Counted from the stretch's first letter, positions 8,025 through 17,672 are shown. The stretch is 50,921 nucleotides of DNA from a virus (IMGVR_UViG_3300031732_000044:1-50921), one strand, 5' to 3'. Notes: generated by a model not told the origin, from the sequence alone. Numbers and translations: made by a program.

Positions 8025-9392
8025 TTAGCTGGCGGCCGTGGTGTACTTCGTGAAGGCACTGTCCGAAAGGTCATTCCGGTCTACGTCCCAGCGCGCCGTC
8101 GCGCGGATCGCTTGGGCGTCCTGCGTGGCGAGGTTGACGTCGTTCCCGCTGGAGTTCTGGACGATCCCTTCCCGAAGGATGTCGATCGTCACGTCCCGCA
8201 GCACGGCCATGTGGATGTAGCTCAGGTCTCCAGCCGCGCCGAAGGGCGTGTCCGCTCCAGAGTTGGACGAGCCCGGAAGCGCCTCACTGAACTCCACCAC
8301 CTCCGGCAGGTCCTCGCCGAACGGATACAGGATGTCGTCTCCGTCTCCGGTCATCTGGTGGAAGGTGAACATCAGGAAGGGATGGAAGAAGGTCTGTGCC
8401 TCCGCGAAAAGCTCCGGGTTCAGCTCCTTCATTCCATCAAGCCACGCGTTGTACCCCAAGTCGTCGAACTTCGTATTGCCGGAAGCCAAGACGAACTCGT
8501 TGATGCTGGAGTCCTCCAAGAGCCCAGTGATAGAGTGGTACGAGGCCGTGCCGTCGGCGGTAAAGACCGTTTCGTCTTCAGCCTTGGCGAAGCCTACGCC
8601 CATCGCTTCGACGACATTGTCGACGTACTGGGCGCCGACCTCCTCGTCCATCTCGCTCGTGAACGGGTGGATGCCGCCCCACTTCTCCGGGCCGAGCTCC
8701 ACGTTTTGGGTGGTGAAGGACTTGCCGGAAATGGCGCTGTTCTCGTTCACCGCGTCGACTTCCACAACGCCCTGTACACCCGGCACCTTGACCGTTCCTT
8801 CGGTGATGTTGAACACCGTCACATTGTCGCGAGCCACGCCGACCTCCTCGCGGATCGCATCAATCCGGTCGGCAACGGCCGTCGGCAGGAAGGGAACGCC
8901 CTCGCTGTCGGTCGTGCCCGCCCGTCGGCGGTACTCGTCGTACATGCCCGCCTGCTCCATGCGATCCACGATCCGGGTCGCCTCTTGGTAGTCCCGTCGC
9001 GTGCGGGCGCAGAGAAGTTTGTAGGTCTGGATGCACGCGCCGGTGTACCCCTGCATGTCGCGGGGCATCCCCACGCGGATTTCGCCGCTTTCCTCATCCT
9101 CTTCGATGAAGTCCTCCTCAGCAATGGACAGGTCCTCTACGTCGTGGCGCACATCGTACTCGCGGGAGAAGTCGAGCTCGGGCTCGCCGTCGGCGGCTCC
9201 GTCGCCCTGCAGGCCACGCTGCTCGTCGGAGAGGAGCATGAAGTTGGCCGTTGGGCTCTCGCCCTCGGTGCCCTCGCCTTCCATCTGCTCGCGGACCTGC
9301 TCGGCAACCTCCTTGCCGTACTGACGGATCTGCTCCTCCGTCATCTCGGCCACAGGCTCCGCTTCGGTGGGTTGCTCTTTAGAATCACTCAT
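8025..9392 (-). CDS. Major capsid protein, HK97 fold
   Basis: Acidic N-terminal scaffold region; GVPFLPTAVADRI...VELGPEKWGGIHPFTSEM...FAKAEDETVFTADG...GDLSY...AIRATARWD. Confidence 0.93.
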   Translation of the reverse strand: MSDSKEQPTEAEPVAEMTEEQIRQYGKEVAEQVREQMEGEGTEGESPTANFMLLSDEQRGLQGDGAADGEPELDFSREYDVRHDVEDLSIAEEDFIEEDEESGEIRVGMPRDMQGYTGACIQTYKLLCARTRRDYQEATRIVDRMEQAGMYDEYRRRAGTTDSEGVPFLPTAVADRIDAIREEVGVARDNVTVFNITEGTVKVPGVQGVVEVDAVNENSAISGKSFTTQNVELGPEKWGGIHPFTSEMDEEVGAQYVDNVVEAMGVGFAKAEDETVFTADGTASYHSITGLLEDSSINEFVLASGNTKFDDLGYNAWLDGMKELNPELFAEAQTFFHPFLMFTFHQMTGDGDDILYPFGEDLPEVVEFSEALPGSSNSGADTPFGAAGDLSYIHMAVLRDVTIDILREGIVQNSSGNDVNLATQDAQAIRATARWDVDRNDLSDSAFTKYTTAAS

Positions 9393-9404
9393 TGGTTTGA
9401 TTGG

Positions 9405-10631
9405 CTATTTACGTCCGGTTAAACGATCAATGTGATCTTCAGCGGCACCGACCATCAGGCGTTTTGCCTCATCGGCCGAAAACCGCTCGGTCGCCTCGCT
9501 TCCGGACTCTTCACCTGCGTCACCGCTTGCTGTAGGCACTGCGCTGTCTCTCGACTCTTCAGCACCGACAGGCGGTGAGGCGGATGCGCTGTCCAAAATG
9601 TCCTTCACTTCTTGCTCGGTAAGCGTGTCGTGTTCGTCTCGGATCTTCTCTGTGGCGACATTCGCCACGCGCTCGGCAATCGTTTCGATGTAGCCCCTGC
9701 TCTCGACCAAAGCGGTCGGGTTGGAGGGCACAGATACCATGCTAAACTCGACCAGCTCCCACTCGTCTACCACCATGACTTGCTCCCCGCCCACGGTGTC
9801 CTTCCGCTGATCAAACGGCCGGAAGCCAATCGAGGCGGCGTTGACAAAGCCCTCCTCTACCTTTCGCTCAATCTCGCGAGCAAACTCGTCGTCCTCGTCA
9901 AATCGGACCTGGGCAAACAGGGCGCTCTCCTCGGTGCGGATCGACTCGGCGCGGCCGATGGGCACGCTGCCCCGAACACCGTTCCCGTGCTGCCACATGA
10001 CGACGGGGTTGCGCTCGTAGTTTTCGGTCCGGGCGCCGGACGGCATGACCACGGTGCCGTGTCGGTCGATGTCGTCGTTGTTGATCTCGACGGTCACGGT
10101 GCCTTTCTGCCGGTCCTCCTCCGTCTGGCGGACGCGCACCGGGATGGAAGCGTGGTGCTCCTGCGTTTGGCCTTGAGAACGGGTGTGGACAGTCCCAGCG
10201 GTCTTACGTGAGTAACTCATTTCATTACCCCCCTCATCGCCGCAGGCCGACATCTCACCATTCTCACGCAAAACCTCTTCCATGCGACCGATATTTTGAT
10301 GCATGTTCTCCACCACGCCACGGAGTGTCTCCAGCATGTCTTCGGCATCAGCACGGCTTTCTGGAAGCTCGTCAATGATCGTGAGCGCCCCGCCGCGATG
10401 AGCAGTAAGCACATCGGTTTCCTCCCATTCCCCATCCGCATTTATGTCGTACACCCGTACGCCGTATGCCAGGTCATCTTCGCTTCCCTCCATGGTCGGC
10501 CCCTCCGGCTCTGCGCTGATCGTGCCGCTCATGGCGACCTCCTCAACCTCACCGTAGGCCGTACCGCCACTCGCCTCCCAGCGAACGCGGTCGCCTACCT
10601 CAACCTCGTCAGGATCAGCTCGTCCGTCCAT
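9405..10631 (-). CDS. HK97-family prohead protease with N-terminal Tudor-like extension
   Basis: DRHGTVV...NPVVMWQH...PIG...ASIGF...ELVEFSMVSVPSNP; N-terminal VGDRVRWEASGGTAYGEV. Confidence 0.9.
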   Translation of the reverse strand: MDGRADPDEVEVGDRVRWEASGGTAYGEVEEVAMSGTISAEPEGPTMEGSEDDLAYGVRVYDINADGEWEETDVLTAHRGGALTIIDELPESRADAEDMLETLRGVVENMHQNIGRMEEVLRENGEMSACGDEGGNEMSYSRKTAGTVHTRSQGQTQEHHASIPVRVRQTEEDRQKGTVTVEINNDDIDRHGTVVMPSGARTENYERNPVVMWQHGNGVRGSVPIGRAESIRTEESALFAQVRFDEDDEFAREIERKVEEGFVNAASIGFRPFDQRKDTVGGEQVMVVDEWELVEFSMVSVPSNPTALVESRGYIETIAERVANVATEKIRDEHDTLTEQEVKDILDSASASPPVGAEESRDSAVPTASGDAGEESGSEATERFSADEAKRLMVGAAEDHIDRLTGRK

Positions 10632-10651
10632 GATGGCGCAAAATCGGGTAT

Positions 10652-10691
10652 AAATGAGAAAAGGCGGTCCCGGCGCGAGCCAGAACCGCCT
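10652..10691 (-). terminator. Intrinsic terminator-like hairpin upstream of the protease gene
   Basis: AGGCGGTTCTGGC-TCGC-GCCGGGACCGCCT followed by TTTCTCATTT on the minus strand. Confidence 0.75.
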
Positions 10692-10775
10692 AGAGTCTAA
10701 TGCCTAGAACGTCGTGCTACCTGTGGTAGCAACTGAATGTCTGCTGTTCTTTACTTCCGTACGAGGACAAGTGTT

Positions 10776-10961
10776 TCAGGCCTTCTCTAGGTCCCCGTGC
10801 TCGATGGGCAGGGCACATAGCCGCCCGTCACTATCTCGCCACAAGCGGACCTCCTGTCCTGCCTTAGCGCGCCGCGCCCACTGCGTCACGGCCCGTACCT
10901 CCTGAGCAGTCAGGTCCGGCAAGCGCTCCCCCGCGTCGTATGTTGGGGCTGACTTACCCAT
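10776..10961 (-). CDS. Small hypothetical protein
   Basis: MGKSAPTYDAGERLPDLTAQEVRAVTQWARR...; start overlaps the upstream gene end. Confidence 0.5.
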   Translation of the reverse strand: MGKSAPTYDAGERLPDLTAQEVRAVTQWARRAKAGQEVRLWRDSDGRLCALPIEHGDLEKA

Positions 10962-11388
10962 CACTAAGCTGTGCGGAATATGAGTTGTATTTGTCAGCTG
11001 CCGCAATTGCCTTTTTGATATCAGTGAGAGTTACCCTCCCAAGATTTCTCGTGTCTAAGAATACACCTTCATGGGAAGTGATGTCTTCTAAAAGGTCGCG
11101 TACTGTGAGCTCACCGTCCTTGTAGCTTTTGCCTGATAGATTTTCTTCGCCGGTTGGGGAAAATCCCAATCTTCCAGAACCGTACAGTCCAGAAAGTATG
11201 TTATGTGCACGGCTCGGCAAAGACAGTTGGTTGGCAGGGGCATCTAGGCCGTCCTTGCTTATCCTATAGCTGGTGCAGTCATTAGAGATTGGCCTGTCCC
11301 CTACCTCCCAGCCACACTTTCTGAGAGTTTCGACCATCCATCTTTGCACCTCTGATGGGGGAAATGAGGGCTTTTCAGTATCACTCAT
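10954..11388 (-). CDS. Moron protein with RNA polymerase alpha-CTD-like domain
   Basis: LSLPSRAHNIL...TVRDLL...FLDTRNLGRVTLTDIKKAI resembles RpoA LELTVRSANCL...IGDLV...LLKTPNLGKKSLTEIKDVL. Confidence 0.65.
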   Translation of the reverse strand: MSDTEKPSFPPSEVQRWMVETLRKCGWEVGDRPISNDCTSYRISKDGLDAPANQLSLPSRAHNILSGLYGSGRLGFSPTGEENLSGKSYKDGELTVRDLLEDITSHEGVFLDTRNLGRVTLTDIKKAIAAADKYNSYSAQLSDG

Positions 11389-11775
11389 TGCTATCAGCGG
11401 GTTATGGCAAATTGCTAAGTTCTGGTTCGGTCAATCTACTGCTTCAAGTCTTCAAGCTCATCCTTCTTCTCCCTGAGTTCGTCCTTCAAGGCACGCACGC
11501 GGTCGTCTTGATCTAGACGCAAAGGCGAAAATTCGTCGAGCATCGGTCAGTTAAGGAGATGAGAGAAATCGCGGCTTGAGAGCTCCGATTGGCGCCGGGC
11601 GTAATCCTCGGCATCAGCACTTGAAGGGGCGTGCTGATAATTATAGCACGGGTGCCGGAGTACCCATACGCGGGTAATCCATTTTCGGTTGATCTTTCGG
11701 TCGAGAGGATCGTCTCCAAGCATCGGATTGGGCAATCTGTGAGAAGAGTGAGAAGTCCTCCAACCTTACACAATA

Positions 11776-12630
11776 CTATGTCATCGTAATATCTGATTCA
11801 GGAACGTCCTCACGGAACAGGGAGGCCTGCGTACAACGGCACTGGACAACCTCTTTAGCAGGTGCCCCAAGACTCACATCCCCCGGATGCTGGAGCCGGT
11901 GGCCTCCAACTTGGAATGGAGACTTCAGTGGTACGATTTGGCCATCTGCCTCAACGTGTGTGGGGCGCACCCTTGAGTCTTGAGCCGAAATCCACTCTTT
12001 CACCATTCCCACCTGCTGCTCGGACTGGAACCTCTCGGCCGCGACCTGCGATGCCCGATTGCTCCCTGAGATCACTTCCGTCCGGGCCGTCACCTCCGCG
12101 CGGCTGCGGGTGATGCCCGCGATGCGGTCGTTCATCTCATCAGCGATGCGGTTGATGCCTGCAAGGCGAAATTCATCGTCCGTCATCACGTCATTGACGA
12201 CCGACATGACGCGGGCACGAGTCGTCTGCTGCACTGGCCCAGTAAAAAAATCACGTCGGCTGTCCAGATACTCTTGCAGGAACTGCTCCCACTCGCTTTC
12301 CTGCCGCGTCGCGTATCCGGGCAGGCCGCGCCGCTCAAATAGCTCGGCAAACTCGGTCTCTGCAATCGGGATGACCGACGCCTGCGCCACATCGCGGAGC
12401 AAGTCCTCAAACGGTGCTGTCCCAAGCCTACGGAAGTAGATCGTCGCGCCAGCCACTGCCTCCCCCCGGTCGGGGTTATTCGGGTCGGTGATGTTGCCAA
12501 TAGCTGCATCTATCGCGCCTTGGTAGATGCTAGACAGGCGGTCTCGCGCAATGCGACGGCCGTCCTGCATCACCTCCTCCCGCAGGTTCTCTATCCGCTC
12601 AAATCGGGCCTGTCGCTCTTGGGCGGACAA
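11776..12630 (-). CDS. Head morphogenesis/minor capsid protein (Mu gpF / SPP1 gp7 family)
   Basis: RAEVTARTE...KEWISAQDSRVRPTHVEADGQ...PF...PGD...VQCRC. Confidence 0.92.
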   Translation of the reverse strand: MSAQERQARFERIENLREEVMQDGRRIARDRLSSIYQGAIDAAIGNITDPNNPDRGEAVAGATIYFRRLGTAPFEDLLRDVAQASVIPIAETEFAELFERRGLPGYATRQESEWEQFLQEYLDSRRDFFTGPVQQTTRARVMSVVNDVMTDDEFRLAGINRIADEMNDRIAGITRSRAEVTARTEVISGSNRASQVAAERFQSEQQVGMVKEWISAQDSRVRPTHVEADGQIVPLKSPFQVGGHRLQHPGDVSLGAPAKEVVQCRCTQASLFREDVPESDITMT

Positions 12631-12701
12631 GTGCCCTGGCGGCTCGCTTCCGGAGCTCGCGTTGCCTTGGCGTTGCCTCTGGTGGGTGGCAACCCCAGAG
12701 G

Positions 12702-13937
12702 CTACGCTAAACCCGACGTGGCGGCCTGAAGGCTTTGCAGGGCCCCGTCGATCATCGGCGTGTCGCCGCCGTCCACTTCCTCCTCCCCGCGTTCTCGAAG
12801 AATGCGGTTCGGCGGCGTGCCCGTCTTGATGCGCTGGAGATGCATCTCCAGCTTTTCGCCCGGAGGCACCGTTACCACGTCTGGGCTCTCCAAATCAAGG
12901 TCCGAGTCCTCCGCATCAAAGATGCGACGCAGGTTGTGGGCAAGCTGCTCGGCTGTCGTGTCAATCTTGGGCTGTACTGTATCCTCCTGAAACTGCGCTT
13001 TCGCCTCCGAGCGCCCCTTGCCTGTGGCACTGTCCTCGGAGGACAGCATCCCTTTCGGAATCTCAAACATCATGAGGAGCTGGTCGACATTAAAGCGACG
13101 GGACTCCAAGAACTCCATCTCTGCAGGCGTCACGTCAGTGACCTCCACCGACAGACCCCCCCCGGCCACAGGCACGATGTCGGTGTTCACGTCCCACATC
13201 TCGCTGAACGTCTGCCCGAGCTCTTTTATCTTCTGCGGGCTCTCGCTGCTGTCGTCTTCGAGGACCACCTCCGGCTGCCCCTTGCTCCGGGCCTTATCGC
13301 GGGCGAAGATGTTGTACGCGCTCATCTCGTCGACCTCGTAAGCGGCCGCCTCCAGCTTGCCTGCCGTCCGCCAAGGTGCGGTGGGATGTGGCTCTTTGAT
13401 CCGGATTATCGACCGTGGCGGCAAGATTTCCCGCCCGCCGCTCCGGCGCTGAAACTCCCACGCGTCGACCTGCCCGGAGCCATCGTACGACGGAATCACC
13501 GTTCCAAACTCTGGGAATATGATCCGCAACGCCTCGGGGACATCGCGCCCCATCTGGTCAGAGTACATCGGCGCGATGTCAACATGCCCCTGGCTGTCGA
13601 TCAGCTTGAAGCAGGTCTGATAGAAAAGTGTCGCAGGCATCTGTGGACTCGGGCTCTGGAGGAGCTCAACCCATGGGTGCCCTGTCTCGACCTGCTCAGT
13701 CTCGCCCTGCTCCTGTCGGCGCACCACCGTGACATCGTGCATCTGCGGCGCGAACTTTTGCGCCCGAAAGTCGATCAGCGTCGCCACAATCGACCGATAG
13801 GCACGGCGCACTTGGCCTGCCGACATCTCCTCTAGGCGCAGCCCGAAGAGCCGCTGGGCTTGGCCGGGGCCAACGAGGGACAGACTCCCAGGCGCCGCTT
13901 TTTGGGCAGGCGTCGCTCGCATTGAAAAGTCAAACAT
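12702..13937 (-). CDS. Portal protein (HK97-like)
   Basis: HPWVELLQSPSPQM...EMEFLESRRFNVDQLLMMFEIP...TPPNRILRERGEEEVDGGD; follows terminase. Confidence 0.9.
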   Translation of the reverse strand: MFDFSMRATPAQKAAPGSLSLVGPGQAQRLFGLRLEEMSAGQVRRAYRSIVATLIDFRAQKFAPQMHDVTVVRRQEQGETEQVETGHPWVELLQSPSPQMPATLFYQTCFKLIDSQGHVDIAPMYSDQMGRDVPEALRIIFPEFGTVIPSYDGSGQVDAWEFQRRSGGREILPPRSIIRIKEPHPTAPWRTAGKLEAAAYEVDEMSAYNIFARDKARSKGQPEVVLEDDSSESPQKIKELGQTFSEMWDVNTDIVPVAGGGLSVEVTDVTPAEMEFLESRRFNVDQLLMMFEIPKGMLSSEDSATGKGRSEAKAQFQEDTVQPKIDTTAEQLAHNLRRIFDAEDSDLDLESPDVVTVPPGEKLEMHLQRIKTGTPPNRILRERGEEEVDGGDTPMIDGALQSLQAATSGLA

Positions 13938-14100
13938 AGTGGATCGTAAGTAAGATGATCGTGCCTATGAGGTAAGCTGCCGCGTAGCCTTGATTGAGTG
14001 TGCCCAAATCAGGCTCACCTGCTCGGGAGTAGACCCACACGCAAGCGGCCGATATGAGCGGAAAGAGCAGAAGCCAGAGCAGGACGAGAAGAGGAGTCAT
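13930..14100 (-). CDS. Small two-TM membrane protein between terminase and portal (56 aa, below ORF-track cutoff)
   Basis: MTPLLVLLWLLLFPLISAACVWVYSRAGEPDLGTLNQGYAAAYLIGTIILLTIHYV; ATGA overlap with the terminase stop. Confidence 0.7.
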   Translation of the reverse strand: MTPLLVLLWLLLFPLISAACVWVYSRAGEPDLGTLNQGYAAAYLIGTIILLTIHYV

Positions 14101-15422
14101 ACACCGATGACAAAGGAGTCAGAATGATCAGCTAAGCGTAGCTTGTCCACCCCATTCACGTAACTGGCACTGTCTCCAAGATCAGGGCTCCGCCCAAGCC
14201 TCGGCTTGATGTTTGACTTCGACTCGACGCGGATCTGCTGATCCCGCTGAAAGGAATAGCGCGGCGCGCAGAGGTCCTCCACGAAGCGGTCCGACGGGTC
14301 CTGCAAGTGGATCTCTCCATTTTTCAGGGCAAGACGCAGCGCCCAGCACAGCTGGGCCCGCAGGTCGTAAAAGTCGTGCTCCGTCTCGCGGCCGTCTTGC
14401 CACTCTACAGGATCAGACCCGCCCTTAATCGAGACCGCGTCGCCGGGCAGTTGGTCGTAGGCTCCCGCCCCTATGCCTACCGTGTCCATCCCCACCCTCG
14501 ACCATGGACAACTGAGAGACTGCTTCTTTTCCGTCGTCACGGTCGCCACGCGGCTCGTGTCTAGGCCAGAATCCGTCTCGGGTGTCGGTAGTACGTTGCC
14601 CTTCAGGCTAGCGAAGGCGGTGTCATCGTCACCAAAGCGGGCTGGGTCGACACCTAGCGCGGACAGGCCGTCTTGGGGCTCGGTATCTTTCGCTGTCTTG
14701 ATGTGGTCGTAAGTGATCACTTGGTCCGGTGCGTCCGACCGGGCGATCTCGCCACCGACGTAGATTGTCTCCATTGTCCCGCCGAGACGCCTGAACGCTG
14801 ACAGGTATTCATCGCCGACGAACGGATTATCTTCGTAGGTCGTGTGCTGCACGTAGGCATCACCGACCTCAATCCAGTCGCGGTCCGGCAGATCTTCTTT
14901 GTCAACCCCTACGTAGTCAAAGAGGTCGGTCGCGCTGTGGACCGGGTTGAAGGAGAGCACGATGCACGGATCAAGGCCTGAAGGCACCCCGCGCAACCGA
15001 AGATCCAGCTGGGCCAGATCGTCCTCCTCTTCGTCCGCTTCGGGAAAGTCGAGGTCGGTGGCCTCCTCGACCCAGATGTGCGTCACGCCCGAGATGGACT
15101 TCAGCTTTTGCTCATCGTCGAGGCCGGCGTGGAGAATTTTGCCGCCGCCGGGAAAGTGAAGCTCCATCGCATTCTCTTTGACCGTCACCTCCGAGCGGTT
15201 CATCGCCTCCAGCACGTCTTTGTAGAGCTGGAAGGTGGAATACCTGCACGTCTTCGCTACCTTCCGCACCGTGAGGACCCTCACGTTCTCGTTTGTGGCG
15301 GCCCTCAAGATCATGTTCTGAGCGATGTTGACGGACTTCCCCGACCCGGCCCCGCCGTAGAGAATGCGGTAGCGCTTGTCGGTTTCCCAAAACGGCTGAT
15401 ATACGTTGTTGAGCTTATACAT
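14097..15422 (-). CDS. Terminase large subunit (PBSX-like ATPase)
   Basis: YGGAGSGKS Walker A, IWVEEA Walker B, SFNP, GVDPARFGDD and SPDLGD nuclease motifs. Confidence 0.95.
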   Translation of the reverse strand: MYKLNNVYQPFWETDKRYRILYGGAGSGKSVNIAQNMILRAATNENVRVLTVRKVAKTCRYSTFQLYKDVLEAMNRSEVTVKENAMELHFPGGGKILHAGLDDEQKLKSISGVTHIWVEEATDLDFPEADEEEDDLAQLDLRLRGVPSGLDPCIVLSFNPVHSATDLFDYVGVDKEDLPDRDWIEVGDAYVQHTTYEDNPFVGDEYLSAFRRLGGTMETIYVGGEIARSDAPDQVITYDHIKTAKDTEPQDGLSALGVDPARFGDDDTAFASLKGNVLPTPETDSGLDTSRVATVTTEKKQSLSCPWSRVGMDTVGIGAGAYDQLPGDAVSIKGGSDPVEWQDGRETEHDFYDLRAQLCWALRLALKNGEIHLQDPSDRFVEDLCAPRYSFQRDQQIRVESKSNIKPRLGRSPDLGDSASYVNGVDKLRLADHSDSFVIGV

Positions 15423-15795
15423 CAGTACCGTCTACGTCTTGAGGGTCAACCCACTGAAACTTAAGGGGCTCCTCATCTGAATTGCTAAGCTCCTTCTCGG
15501 TCTTTTCATCGCTCCAGTCGTCCGGGTGGTAGTTGCGCAGCACATCCATCAGAGCCTTATAGTGGTCCGCGTGCTCCCGGTCCTCGACGAGTCGTGCGTG
15601 GTACGCTTCAGCCTTCGCCGCGTGATTCAGGCGGGCCTCCTCCAGAGTCGTCTGGACGGTGACGTATTTGTCGGCATAGCGGTACACGGTCGCTGGCGGG
15701 CAGCCGAGCTCGCTAGCCGCCTGGGCCACAACGCCGCCAGAGTTGCGGATCGCTTCCCGCATCTCTTTAGCCGAGTATTCCTCTGTCCGTCCCAT
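15415..15795 (-). CDS. Probable terminase small subunit (HTH)
   Basis: VAQAASELGCPPATVYRY HTH, directly upstream of and overlapping terL. Confidence 0.75.
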   Translation of the reverse strand: MGRTEEYSAKEMREAIRNSGGVVAQAASELGCPPATVYRYADKYVTVQTTLEEARLNHAAKAEAYHARLVEDREHADHYKALMDVLRNYHPDDWSDEKTEKELSNSDEEPLKFQWVDPQDVDGTDV

Positions 15796-15822
15796 GCGCG
15801 TGCGTGTAGGGGTGTATCAAAA

Positions 15823-17019
15823 TCATTCAGTTAGCTCGCACTTCAGCCCTGCTTCGCTGCACCGATCAAGGATGACGGCGCAGTAGCCAGGATCAGTCTC
15901 CATCGCGTAGCAGGTGCGGCCCTCGTTCTCGGCGGCGATGATGGACATGCCGCTTGCTGCGCAGGGGTCATAAATCTCGCCACCAACGGTTGTATGGTTC
16001 TGGAGTGCCCTTTGAGCAAGAGGGACGGGTTTCTGTGTGGGGTGCTGGTAATCGTTCACATCGTCCCCCGTCATCTCCCAAAGATCTTCGTCTCTACCAT
16101 TGGGCTCGAATGTCTGGCGCCCATCAGTAGCAAAAAGTATCGTCTCGTGTGTTGGCCTGTATTGGCCCTCCAAGTCCCCCATGCCACCACCCGGCTTATG
16201 CCACACGATCCAGTTTTTCAGGTCGTGCCCCTCGGAGGTAATAGCTGCCATAAACTCCGGTGCCACATCCCACCGACAGCACACGTACCACACCGGGATG
16301 CTCGCAACGTGTGGCAAGAATCCCAACATCGGTTTATCGTCGCCACGGATGCGCCGGAATTGCGGCGTCTCCTGCCGGTGGTTTGACTGAAAGTCAATCC
16401 CATACGGCGGGTCCGCCCACATTAATCTCGGTTCCGCCCCATCCAGCAGGCGCCCCACATCGCCTTCGTCCGTCGCGTCTCCGCACAGGAGGCGATGATC
16501 GCCGATGCGCCACAACTGATCTCGCTCAGTGCCCCAGTCCTCCTGTAGCTCCTCCGCCCGGCTTACTTCCGCGCCGGGATCGTCTACGGTCCCATTTTCT
16601 GGAATGCGCCCGAGGTCGTCCAGCAGTTCATCCAAATCTCCGTCGTCATATCCAGTACCCGCCAGTCCGTCGCTAGTCGTCTCCAGACTTTCAAGCAGCT
16701 CCGCCAGTGGCTCCGGCTCGCGCTCGGCCTTTTCAGCAGTCGCATTGTCGGCGAGCAGAATACGCATCGCCGTCTCGTCGTCACACTCGACCCTCTCGAT
16801 GGGCACCTCCGCCAAGCCTACCTCCTGTGCTGCACGCCAGCGGTGCTCTCCGGCGAGGATTCTGCCTGTAGAGTCCGGCACGACGATTCGGCCGTAGAAG
16901 CCATTCTGGCGAATGGACTCGGCGATCGCCGCCACGTCCCCGTCATTGGGATTGGCGGGGTGCGCCTCAATCTGATTGAGGTGCACCCGCTTTTCGGTGC
17001 GGTTGATGATCTCGGGCAT
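15823..17019 (-). CDS. ParB-domain / N4-N6 DNA methyltransferase fusion
   Basis: SIRQNGFYGRIVV...ILAGEHRWRAA...LADN; HRLLCGD, ADPPYG, HPTQKP; SAM motif is degenerate (DPCAASG). Confidence 0.9.
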   Translation of the reverse strand: MPEIINRTEKRVHLNQIEAHPANPNDGDVAAIAESIRQNGFYGRIVVPDSTGRILAGEHRWRAAQEVGLAEVPIERVECDDETAMRILLADNATAEKAEREPEPLAELLESLETTSDGLAGTGYDDGDLDELLDDLGRIPENGTVDDPGAEVSRAEELQEDWGTERDQLWRIGDHRLLCGDATDEGDVGRLLDGAEPRLMWADPPYGIDFQSNHRQETPQFRRIRGDDKPMLGFLPHVASIPVWYVCCRWDVAPEFMAAITSEGHDLKNWIVWHKPGGGMGDLEGQYRPTHETILFATDGRQTFEPNGRDEDLWEMTGDDVNDYQHPTQKPVPLAQRALQNHTTVGGEIYDPCAASGMSIIAAENEGRTCYAMETDPGYCAVILDRCSEAGLKCELTE

Positions 17020-17055
17020 GTTACCAACTCAAAAGCGTCCAAGAGAAGAAAAAAA

Positions 17056-17349
17056 TTAAACCTCCACCACCACGTCCACGCTGTCGGTCTGCCCCGACCG
17101 CTTGACACTATACGTTCCGGACGGCGCGGGCATAAATCGAAGCCACTCTCCGTCGGCCGGGTCCTCTAGGTCGGACGGCTCAATTGTCGCCACGCGGGCG
17201 GGACTGTCGTCCGCGCCGCTCTGGCATTGCAAGATGATCGTATCGTTGGCGTTGCCGCGCACCATCACCGACCCACTTTCGGATTTGGCGTTGAACGTGG
17301 CGCTGCTGCCGGTGCCGGTCGTGTCGTCTAAGAGTCGTGCTTTTGCCAT
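17056..17349 (-). CDS. Hypothetical beta-rich protein
   Basis: 97 aa ORF in operon orientation. Confidence 0.65.
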   Translation of the reverse strand: MAKARLLDDTTGTGSSATFNAKSESGSVMVRGNANDTIILQCQSGADDSPARVATIEPSDLEDPADGEWLRFMPAPSGTYSVKRSGQTDSVDVVVEV

Positions 17350-17365
17350 CGGTCTAAAGGTTCAT

Positions 17366-17494
17366 TCAAATTAGCGGCTCGGTCTCGTGCACCTCCAGCC
17401 CCGCATCCTGCAATGCTAACGTTTGCAGGTCGCCTGTTCCAATCTCCGACTCCGTCACCTGCATGCCGTCCCAGCCAAGTCGATAGATTGTGCC
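17366..17494 (-). pseudogene. Remnant duplicate of the C-terminus of gene 17673..18083
   Basis: Translates as GTIYRLGWDGMQVTESEIGTGDLQTLALQDAGLEVHETEPLI versus GTVYRLGWNGAEITETELGTGDLQELALSDAGLEEY. Confidence 0.8.
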
Positions 17495-17656
17495 CTACGG
17501 GTGGCGTTCGCCGAGTGCTGGCACCCAAGCGCACGAAATCGGTTGCGTCACTCGCTCGTGCAGTTTGTCGCTGGCCTCTTCGCGGCTGCGGGCCCGCACG
17601 GTTACGGTAAACCTGTTGTAGCAAAAGTCCTCTACCTTGAACTCGTACTCACTCAT
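17495..17656 (-). CDS. Small hypothetical protein
   Basis: MSEYEFKVEDFCYNRFTVTVRARSREEASDKL...; lies between the duplicated segments. Confidence 0.55.
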   Translation of the reverse strand: MSEYEFKVEDFCYNRFTVTVRARSREEASDKLHERVTQPISCAWVPALGERHP

Positions 17657-17672
17657 GAGAATACGTTGCCTG

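Noticed and set aside
7617-9422. 601-aa + strand ORF and similar long antisense ORFs (386..1039, 12735..13835, 23224..24231, 29422..30891, 42078..43256)
   Set aside because: Shadow frames of clear genes on the opposite strand in high-GC DNA; no motifs
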